Shown piece by piece: positions 23,493 to 33,688 of a DNA stretch of 64,000 nucleotides (its first letter is position 1; every line of letters begins with the position of its first letter). The stretch is from assembly GCF_000315625.1 (NCBI RefSeq), contig NW_005434638.1:189300-253299 (forward strand), in the 5' to 3' direction. Under the pieces are notes generated by a model. That model made no database searches, was not told the DNA's origin, and saw only the letters and a program-made list of their open reading frames with translations. This DNA comes from Guillardia theta CCMP2712. Lineage: Eukaryota; Protista; Cryptophyta. A program made the translations under genes and the position numbers.

Positions 23493-26400
23493 ATGAACAC
23501 TCCGGCCCCCCTCCTCTTCATCCTCTTCCTCCTCCTCGCCCTCACTCCATGCGAATCGTTTTCTTTTCCGAGCAGCGACCTGCTGCAGCAACATCCGGTG
23601 TTGAGTCAGCAAAAGCTGGATTGCGGTATCGACATCCAGGGGCCTTCATGGCTACTGCAGCTGGACTTTCGTGTGAAGTTCAAGAACGGCTCGTGCGCGC
23701 TTGGCCATGTCTGCATTGAGGATCAGTTTCGCAACCAGTTGTTGAACTCGTCGAGCAGACTGCATCAGGTCCTGAAGAATGGAAAGTTTGCTAAGCTCCT
23801 CTCCAAGGTTGGCGAGAAACAGGGACTTGTCCCTCTCCCTACTCAAAATTCTCTTCTGTACGAATACACGCACTCGTCAAGGAGACTCCTGCAAACCACG
23901 ACGACCACCGATACTCGATCGAGACAGTTGATAATCTTGCAGATTGCAGTCCTTTTGGGTGTGCGACAAGTAGGTTTCGCCACCTTGCAAAGTCTTGGCG
24001 ATCTGATGTCTTCGGTGATTTCCTTCTCAACCCTGTGCTTGCTGCTCCTAACTTTGAGGGGTGACAGGTGAAGTACAGCACACTCGGAGCTCTCAGCGAC
24101 CTCACCCCGAAGCTTTCGAGTATTTCGTCTGCAGACGCCATCAAAGAGCAGCAGAAGATCCTCACGTTTCTCAGCTCAGTGATTGACCGCCTGACTGTGC
24201 TTCAAGAATGCCCCGACCAAGGCATACAAGACCTGATAGATGTGACGAGTATCCTCCTTGGGGTCGCATACTGCTCCGTGATCCAAGTTCGGGATGCCAC
24301 CTCTGCGATAGATTGGGCCGGAGTTGCGATGAAGTTGGATTGTCTTCATGAGAACATTCAGGACGCCACGTACCCGTTGGTTGACCGTCTGAGTTACATC
24401 CAGGCGAGAGATCGAATCTGACGTGCTGTCTGACCCCTTGACGTCTCTGCGCAGGCACTGGCCAACAGGACTGGGATGTTCGTAACCAAGTGCAAGCAGG
24501 CCAAGTTGAGCCCTTCGAACCTCCTGCTTCCGCTGCAACCCATACTCGTCGACACCGACATTCCCATCTCCACTGTCCCTCTGGACGGATCTCTCTCCCC
24601 CGTGATCTCAAGTTGGATGCGATCTACGAACCGTCAGATCACCGTCAAACCTGCGCATCTCGACGCTAACGGGAACTGGCTGATCCCTGGAATAGATGTC
24701 ACTATTGTTGTGATGAAGGGAAATCTCTCATGCTCATCGGCCATCTGCGACGAGTACACCTACGTGACCGTTGCAAGCTACGAGCCCAGTCTCAGCCCCT
24801 TCGCTCCCTATGAGCCCTCGTACCCGTCTTCAAGCCCCTTTGTGGACGACCTGAATCCTTTCATCGGTGACTTGCTCACCGAAGTTCACATTCTCAAGAT
24901 GGATGGAGGGCCCTGGGAGGAATGGAGGAAGAGCGGGTCGCTCAGCGTGCAGGCTTACTTCAATCAGATCCGGTCAAACGCAGACACTCTGACTACAGAA
25001 GTGACTATCCCAACATGCGTCCAATTTGTACAGAACAGCACGAGGTGGACCGACGAGGGCTGCAGATGTCTGGACGCAGCCTGTCAGCAGTGCAACTGCA
25101 CGTATGCCTCCCTCATCATGCCCGGGGCCAACAACGGCACTGCCAGCTACCAGGACTTCATCTCCATCGCCGTCCGCCGCCGCAAGTGGTGCGCTTCCAC
25201 GTACGGGGTCGTCTGCTCGGGCCATGGAGTTTGCGTCTCGGGGGCGTGCGTGTGCAACTCGGGCTTCGCAGGGCAGAACTGCAACAGCACCTGTTTGGAC
25301 TGCAACGGGCACGGAACCTGCTCGCCGACTGACGGCCGATGCATCTGCGATCCCGGGTACGCGGGGGTCGGCTGCAGCATCAGACCCGTCGTGCGATTTG
25401 TCGTCCCCCTCTTCTCCAAGCCCGCCGGGGGAATCACAGTGTCAGTGATCGGGGAAGGATTCGGCAAGACGGACCCGTCGCCCGAGATCAAGATAGGCAA
25501 CTCCTTCTGCAGGTCCTCCACCTGGCAGTCCCCAACCATGATCCGCTGCATGCTCTCTCCTGGTGTGGGGGAGATGCTCAGCGTCTCCATCTTCGCCGGA
25601 GGAGTCTCCGACAGCACGGGCGGCATGGACTCCCTGCTCTTCTCCTACTCTGCTCCTGTCATCACCGGGCTGGAGCGGCAGGGCGGTCCAACCACGGGAA
25701 GGTACGTGCTGACCATGTACGGGCAGAACTTTGGGACCCACTGGAACGATAAGATCCCCTTTGACGGGAAGGTGAAGCTCAACGTTACCCTCTGCTCCCC
25801 CTCCCAGTGGATCAGCGACTCTACCATCCGATGTGCGGTACCTCCAGGACAGAGTCGCAACGTCCCCGTCCTCGTAGAGATACCAGCAGACCAGCCGCGT
25901 GACAAGTGCGACGGCTACTACATAGGCAGGACGACCAACATCGATGACCCGCGGGTCATCAGGTGCGGCATCTGCCAGGGCTGCTACGTGTTCAACTACG
26001 ATGCTCCAGTCATCACAAGGCTGGCGGCGGGGATCAACAAGGCCCCAGAGACCTACCTCTTCCGAGGAGGCGAGATCCTGACCATCTTCGGCTCCAACTT
26101 CGGCATCGATGCTTCAGTTGCCGTTGGCCCTGATCCCAACACTGGAGAGACATACTACTGTGTGTTCCAGCGAAACTTCGTGGTCAACACGGCCGACTGC
26201 CCCAATGCTGAGTGTCTGTTCTGCAAGCTCGGGCCAGGAGGAGGAGCGTACCCTATCACCGTCTGGCTGGCTGGGCAGAAGTCACAGTACGACCTGCCCT
26301 TCAAGTTCAGAGGGAGGGCGGTGGGGCTCAAGTTCCAGGAGACTCCTTCGCTGACCGCGACCCTCGCCGGGGTCATCGAGAAGCAGCCGAGGCTCAAGGT

Positions 26401-29400
26401 GATCGACGACCTCGATGACAACCAGCCTCTCCTCAGACCCGACGCCGAGTACAACTTCCCCTACTGGCAGGGCCCTGCTGGCACGTTCCAGGAGTACAAC
26501 CCCGACGGTTACATCTGTCGTGTTGACATCAGCCTGCTGCCCGACCCCAGCAAGCCCTTCCCCAACCCCTGCACCCCGCAGTGGGAGGCAATCATCCAGC
26601 AGGACCCGAGCAAGGTAGGAGGAGACAAGGATGCGTGCAAGCGCTGCTGACCGCCTGATGACAGGTCGGAACGTTTCCCTGCTTCGAGAAGGACCAGCCT
26701 CTCAACAGAAACTACAAGAGAGGCACGGGGCTGCAGGACAAGGTTCTGTTCAAGGCCTCTGACAACGGCATGGCGACGTTCTCGGACCTCGAGTTCTTGG
26801 GCCATCCAGGGCAGCAGTACAACATGACGTTCAGCATCTCTGATCTCGGGAACAGCTACGTGACCAAGAAGAGTTTCTACACCAGCTGGGTCATCACCTT
26901 CGATGACTGTCCTGCCGGGCAGATCGGAACGTGGGACAGGTTGTGCGAGTGCGCCAAGGGCTACGAGCCGGGAGGAGCAACGGGGTGTCAGCGATGCGAT
27001 GGAGGGCAGGCGAAGAACGAGGGAGGACAGTCGGACGAAGCAGGATCGTACAAGCCGACGACGGGACAAGCGTCATGCACTAAATGTCCGTCTCAAAACA
27101 TGATCACGAGCAATTCAACGACGAGGGACAGCGTGGGGACTTGCTTCTGCGCTTCCGGATACTTCCGAGCCGCCATCATCTACGACTACAACGCGAGTTA
27201 CACGCCCAACGTTCCGTTCGGGTTCGACACGGCGGCGAGCGGAGCTGGGGACGAGCTGTGCGGGGGTCCGGGGAGCAGCCAGGTCCTGCCAGGGAACGGC
27301 AACGACACGACGATCCTGTGCCTGGACTCCATCGAGTTCGAGTCGGTGGACTGCGGGAGGGTGCGGGGGCACATCGTCAACAACTTATGGGTGTCGGTCA
27401 AGCTTGAGACGGCAGGTGCCTGCGACCAGCAGTACAACCCCAAGATCTGCACAAGCTGCAAGTCCAAGACCGGCTGCCGGGGCGACTCGTACGGGGTGGG
27501 GACGCAGGGCTGCAACGTCCATCACAAGGGAGTCATGTGCCAGTTGTGTGAGCGAGGGTACTACCTCAGCTCCTCTGCCTCCTGCATCAAGTGCCCGAGC
27601 CAGCAGACCTATGCTCTCACCTTCGGCCTCGGAGCCTTCGGCCTGCTCGTGGGAGGCTTCATCGCCCTCCGCTACCTCGCGCTCATCAAACTCCTGGCCG
27701 ACCCCCCCAGCGTCAAGATCTTTGCGGCCTACCTTATCATCACCTCCTCCATCTCCTCCTCCTACGACGTCCAGCTCCCCTCCAGCTACTCCAGCTACCA
27801 GTCACAGACGGGGTTCGCCCAGCTGGACATCTCGGGCGTACTGTACTGCATCATCCAGTCGTTCGAGTACACCTTCTATCACAACGTGGTGCTGCAGGCG
27901 TCGCTCCCCTTCATGATCATCTTCCTGGCTCAGACGGCCCTGACCGTCCGCTACTCCATGATCTCTACTCACTTCGCCGCCAAGCGCAAGGCGGATCGAC
28001 GGGGTCTCAACACCGACAAGATCAACACGCAGGAGAACTCAGCGAAGACGAACGTGAAGGAGATGGTGATCTCGGGGTCTTCGCAGGTTCTTATGTTCAT
28101 CCATCCTACTGTCACGACCACCATGTTCTCCATGTTCTCCTGCACTCCGATCTTCGGATACAACCTCCCATGGCTGAGGATCGATGTTCGATACCAATGT
28201 TACGATACGAGGTAAGTCCCTCCCCTCTCCCTTCCTCTCCCCTACTTGACCTCACCGCCTTCCTCTCTGAAGCGTGACCTCACCTTCTCTTCCTCTCCCC
28301 TACTTCACCTCACCGCCTTGCCTCTCTGAAGCCTGACCTCACCTTCTCTCGCAGCTGGTGGATCTTCTGCTACGTTGCTCTCTCTGTCATCTGCGTTTAC
28401 ACCTTCGGGCTTCCGTTCCTCTTCTTCGTGCTCCTTCAGAGGAGGCGACATGCCCTGGAGGAGTCGAAGGCGGTTGTCAGGAAGAGGTACCAGAGCTGGA
28501 TGAAGTCGCTCAAGCAGAAGGCGGCGAATGCAAAGCTGGCGGTGATGCGAGGAGAAGTACCTGAGCCCCTCAAGGATCCTGAGGAGGAGGAGATTGTGAA
28601 CCAGGACATCAAGGTCGTCTACGACATGTACTACTCGTGCGTTCGCGAGTGGCAGGAGCTTCTCTTCCTGCATCGCGACTACACGCTCGCGAGGTTCTAT
28701 TGGGAGTTGGTGGAGATTGCGAGGAAACAAGCGCTCGTTGCCTTCGTCGTTATCATCGGGAACTTTGCCAAGGGGTTTGACCTGGTCTTCGGAATTCTCG
28801 TGCTGTTTGTCTTCTTTGCGGTCCATCTCTACGCTCTTCCTTACAAGAGAGGCAAGCACAACTTCCTCAAGGCCGCGGAGATGTTTGCCGAGTACATGAC
28901 TCTCTTCCTCACCCTCCTCATCTTGCTCGCACAGGTGAGATGACGATGATCGAGGGTGGAGGAGAAGGAGAAGGAGAAGGAGAAGGAGAAGGAGAAGGAG
29001 AAGGAGAAGGAGAAGGAGAAGGAGATCACGGGAGGGCGAGCAACAGGCGCGGGGAGAGAGGAGGAGAGGAAGTGACGTCAGTGAGCAGGTCAACCCTGAG
29101 ATGCAGCCCGAGACGGTAGGAAAGGCGATGTTGGGGCTGCAGGGCCTCCTTTTCGGAGGAGGCGTCTGCGTGCTGTTTGTGAATCTGCGGGAGGGCATCG
29201 AGGAGCTCAAGAAGAAGAAGGAGGAGGAGGAGGGGCTGGGGATCGTGCAGAAGGTTGAGAGGCACAGCATCTACTCCGTGTTTTTTGCCATCAACCTGTT
29301 GAGCCGTCTGATCCGGCGGAAGGAGGCAGAGCGAGCATCGAGGAAGGGCGTCACAGTGCACGAGGAGAAGGAGACGATCGACCTCGATGGCTTCAAGCCT

Positions 29401-30193
29401 CAAGTCCAGAGGAGGTGAAGGGGAGGAGGAAGGGATTGAAGAAGGGTTGACTTGCAACGAGCAGGTGGAACACGTTGACGGCTTCACTCCTTGCCGCCTC
29501 CGGAGACGAGGCCATGCTGCTCCTTCAGTATGCCCTACAGCAGAAAGAAGACGAGGGAGAGGACAGCGAGGAGATGGAGGCATCAGAGCAGGTTCGTCCC
29601 CTGCTCCTCGTCCAGCACTCTCTGACTCCCCGCAGATCTCCGAAGGCTCCGTCTTCTCGAGCGAGCACTTCACCGACGAGATTTCAGAGGCAGAGGTCCG
29701 TCGAGAGGGGTGGGGAAGGGTAGAGAGTTCGGGAAGAAGAAGCAGGAGAGAGACGCAGGAGCATGGACAGGGGGAGGAAGAGAAGGGAAACGACAGGAGG
29801 AGGAGGAGGAGGAGGAGGAGGAGGAGGAGGAGGAGGAGGAGGAGGAGGAGGAGGAGGAGGAGGAGGAGGAGGGATTCACGCGGTTTGTACAGCAACGAGA
29901 GCTGCAAACACTTCAAGATGTCGAGGACGACGACGACGACACGGACGTGAGACATGGAGCGATCTCATCTGCTCCTCCTCTTACCTTTTTCCTTTCAGAT
30001 CTCAGACGACGACTCCCACACCAAGTTCGCGATCACCCCAGGTGAGTCCACCTCCTCTGTTCGCGTCTGTGATGGTGAGGGACAGGAGGCGGAGTGTTCA
30101 GCGAGGAGGGGGTTGGTATCGATCGGCTCGACCAGTAGCTCCACCTTCATCGAACAGCAACGAGATGCTCGACGAAGGCAGCAAGCAGGATGA
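23493..30193 (+). CDS. Multi-pass surface receptor-like protein: signal peptide, helical region plus GPS-like motif, 2 EGF, 3 IPT/TIG, Cys-rich repeats, ~9-TM TRP/FLC-like domain, acidic tail
   Basis: Signal peptide MNTPAPLLFILFLLLALTPCES; CVQF..WTDEGC..CNC; CSGHGVCVSGACVCNSGFAGQNC; GGITVSVIGEGFG..C....WQSPTMIRC; CECAKGY/SYKPTTGQASCTKCP; TM-region motifs VKIFAAY, HPTVTTTMFSMFSC, WLRIDVRYQC, YWELVEIARK, ALPYK..HNFL. ORFs are joined by short GT-AG introns. Confidence 0.8.
28231..28349 (+). repeat. ~59-bp imperfect tandem duplication within an intron
   Basis: ttcctctcccctactt(g/c)acctcaccgcctt(g)cctctctgaagc(g/c)tgacctcaccttctc occurs twice, between GTAAGT (~28212) and cgcag (~28354). Confidence 0.85.
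28958..29024 (+). repeat. (GAGAAG)n intronic microsatellite
   Basis: About 11 units following donor CAG|GTGAGA. Confidence 0.9.
29796..29871 (+). repeat. (GAG)n run, likely poly-Glu in the receptor tail
   Basis: About 25 GAG units in the frame ...KRQEEEE...GFTRFVQQ. Confidence 0.85.
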
Positions 30194-30338
30194 AGAGAAC
30201 AGAGAAAGGGGAGGATACACAGAAGCAGCAAGGGACGAGATCAGATCTGCAAACTTCGCAGTGCTTCCTGGGCGTCTCGGGCCGCCGCCGCTGCCTGCAA
30301 GAGCTTGCTCAACGACACAAAAGAGAGGAGAGGGAAAA

Positions 30339-32414
30339 TCATACTTCTGCTTCATCCTGCGATAGCCGGCGAGCCAGATCTCTGTCCTTGATCGCCTTCC
30401 AGGTTGGACCGAACATCTGAGAGGAGTTCAGGTCATACAGGGCAAGGTTCGTGTACAGAGCTAACCTCGTCTCCGCCGTGCACGGGGATGAGATGATGAT
30501 GAAGCACTTCAGCCAGCAGCTGCGCCTTCTCCTCGTGCACCTGCAAGTATTCACAAGGTTAAATCATGTTATCGATCTTCACCAGCCTTCTCCCCTCCCT
30601 CTGCTCCCTCTCCCTCCTCCCCTCCGTCCTCCCGCTTTCTCACCACAAACGACATCGCCACGTCCTCGCTGGAAGCCGAAACCATGAGCACCTGTCTCTG
30701 CCCATCACCAACTGAACGTCGCCATCCTTCTTCCTCTACTTCACCTGCATCCCCTCGAAGGCGCTCATCGCCTTTCCGAGGTCAGGGAGCCTCTCACGGA
30801 TCCTCCGTCCTACGACCGTCACCACTGCTACATGATAGCAGACCTCCACCTCTCCTGCTCAAACTGTCAACCAGAGCAAGGAAGTCGATCGTGTCGCACC
30901 CAACTCCTCCAAAGCTTGCATGAGACCCTTGAACGCGTCTCCCTCGATGCCTCCAGGGATGTGAGAGGTGGTTACACTGATGCCGGACTGCGAGGTCGCC
31001 ACGTGGTCCACACTGATGGAGAAATCATGGAAAGGAGCGAAGCAACGATACAAGAAGCCAGTCGCTCCCCACATCTCCATGGTCGTCAGGGTCAGCATGA
31101 CGCAGCCCGGTTGAGCAACAACGCCAGCAAAAGCCGGAGGACGAGTATCAAGCTCGGTCAGGTCGTTGTGCGTCATTCTTCTAATTCCCATCCCACTGGT
31201 TTTGGGACCAGCAGAGTTCCAGCCAAGAGCGGATGGACCGTTACGAGGAGATGCGAAGGGTGACTGCGAGAGAGGCGATCGGGAAGCCGAGTTCTGAGCG
31301 TCTTTCTTCATCCCTCCGTTCTTATCTTCGCAGGGCTTGCAAAAGTCGTCAACGGTGATGACAGTGTACTCAGAATCCGGATCCATGGTGTTGCGAATCT
31401 CGATAGGGACACCGTACATCGCAGCAGGTGCGATGCATCGAGGGTGGAGGACCTTAGCTCCCGATGTCGCCAGCTCTTGAGCTTCACGACTGCTGATTCT
31501 TTGAATCAACCTCGCATGCGGCATTTTTCGTGGATCCCCTGAAAACATGCCATACACGTCCGTCCAGATCTCGAGATGGTGAGCGGATACCAGAGCAGCA
31601 AAGAGAGAGCCTGACGTGTCACTTCCTCCTCGCCCGAGCAAGCAGCTCTCGCCCTTGGCATTCTTTGCTACGAACCCTTGGGTGACGATGACGTCAGCGG
31701 GCCCGACCTTGCTCTCTATCACAGTTTCTGCCCACACGGGGTCACATTTGGGGAAGACGTTTGCGTTCAAGTATTTGTCGGTATCAGGAGCAGTGAGATG
31801 GGTATCAGTCACCAGCAAGTCGCCAGCTTGAACGAGAGATGCTTTGATGTTGTTGTGCTTCAGGATCTGGATCGCCAGTCTCGTGCTCATCTGCTCTCCG
31901 TACGAACAGATCCTCGCTTGCAGCTTGGGTGAAACCTCTTGGATCATGCTGAGGCCTTGCAACAGGTCTCCAAGCTCAGTGATGCGTTCGGTCACTTCTC
32001 GCAGGGCAGATGATTCCAATCCACATTCCTTGGCCAGCCTGCGATACGGTTCAGTCAAAATGGGTGTTGGTGTATCTGAAGATGAAACCTTCTGTGCGTC
32101 TCCTCCACCCAAGCCAAAGAAGTCAATTCTTCTTGTCCGACTGCTTCCTGCAGACACTTCTCGAGGCGATTTGTCACCTTCAAAGTCGATAAGCCATGAT
32201 TCGAAGGCAGGACACATGGTACCTGACTCAATGCCGAGAGAACCAAAATGATCCTGTAATCCGGGAGAAGCTGCTTCACTCGATTTACGATCTGTATCCA
32301 ACTCGTTCCGAAAGACACGGAGGTTCCGCCGAACTTGAGCACTACCCATGGCTTCTTGCCTACGATTCTTTCTTCATGCGCGTCTCCTGCCGAACCTTCT
32401 GCATCTGATCCCAT
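30339..32414 (-). CDS. lysC: Aspartate kinase with two ACT domains (LysC-LysA fusion-type AK half, no decarboxylase)
   Basis: WVVLKFGGTSVS, LSALSQ/VTNRLE, SYGEQMSTRL, VTQGFVA, LLGRGGSDTSGSLFA, IWTDVYGMFSGDPR, EAQELATSGAKVLHPRCI; ACT MEMWGATGFL..SVDHVATSQ. Spliced 3' exons give VVTVVGRRIR/VLMVSASSEDVAMSFV/VHEEKAQLLAEVLHHHLI/MFGPTWKAI...EAEV*. Confidence 0.92.
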
Positions 32415-33271
32415 CCTGTTGGACAAAAACAATATCAGAGACGATTCACGTTTCACGACATGCTGCAAGACGACATGCATTCATCTCTGCGTCTCTTTGT
32501 TATCCATCCTTATCAACTACCCAGAAGCATGGAGCTCCCAATTGTGTCCTCGCTGTCACAATTGATCCCATTCCTCCCTGTATAGTCAACACGATGTACC
32601 TCTTACAGTCATCAAGCATTGTTATCATTGTGATCATCAGCTCATATGCTATACTTTCTCCTCTCCTCTCCTCCCTTGCTCTCATTTTCCCTGTTCCTTG
32701 TTCGTCTCGAAGTTTCGCTCCATCAAAAATTGCGCGTGTTGAGGCCGATTCCCCAATCTACAACCCCCTACCCCTTCTTATTTATCTACACCCCATCCAT
32801 ACCATCACCCACCTCGTATTTTAGATTCGCACCCGGTATCAATCCATAGAATTTACCCCACATGAGAATGAAAATTCTCGTTCAATGCTCCCTGTACCCC
32901 TATTTTTCACACACCCTACCCATCGACAACATTACAGATGTCACCCCCACCCCTAATTTTCCCTCTACGACTTCCCTGCAATATAATTATTATATAGACA
33001 ACCCCTCCTTTTCCCCGGATCTCTCACCCCTCCAATCATTTCCACAAAATGAAGTACCCCTCGTCCTCTATCTCTCAATCACCTGCCAGGAGTGCTCTGA
33101 TGAATCAATACCCCTCCATTTGACTTGTAAATTACCGGTAGTGATCATGATGAAGTGACCCATACTACCCGTACTAGAGAAGCACCCCTAGTAACATCTG
33201 TGTAAAGCATGCCGGGGGTGGTCCCATCGTGTTTGTCGGGTCCGATTGACGAAAAACCGGTCGCTGCAATG

Positions 33272-33500
33272 CAGAGAGGGAGAGGGAGAGGGGGAGGGGG
33301 AGGGGGGGGGGGAGGGAAGAAGGGAGAGGGAGAAGGAGAGACAGAGGAAGAGACAGAGGAAGAGGGAAGCAGGGAGAAGGGTAGGGAGAGACAGAGGGAG
33401 AACGAGAGAGAGAGACAGAGAGAGAGAGAGAGGAAGAGGGAGAGGGAGAGATAGAATGCGGAGGAGGGAGGGAGGGAGGGAGGGAGGGAGGGAGGGAGAA
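33272..33500 (+). repeat. Polypurine (GA/GGGA) low-complexity tract
   Basis: About 230 nt almost devoid of pyrimidines, including (GA)n and (GGGA)n. Confidence 0.9.
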
Positions 33501-33688
33501 GGCCATAGACAGTGTGGTGTGGTGGGGTGGGAAGCGGATGGAGATGAAAGAATGGCTAAAAATAAGCAAGTGGAGAAGAGAAGGGATGGGCAGGAGTAAG
33601 AGTTTAGGGTTTAGGGTTGTATTTTAAAGAATTCAATCAAGTATGGGATTGTTCATCAAGTAGATCTACAACGATAAAAAGTTGTTCT

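Noticed and set aside
30190-30420. Overlap of receptor and AK coding regions
   Set aside because: Spliced models end at 30193 (+) and 30339 (-), so the CDSs do not overlap.
30859-32349. N-terminal ~100 aa of the 496-aa ORF (MGSAQVRR...)
   Set aside because: Wrong frame; the real AK N-terminus (KFGGTSV) is in the overlapping frames and is joined by introns.
33272-33620. Telomere or chromosome-fusion remnant
   Set aside because: Only two TTTAGGG units and an irregular GA tract; too short to support.
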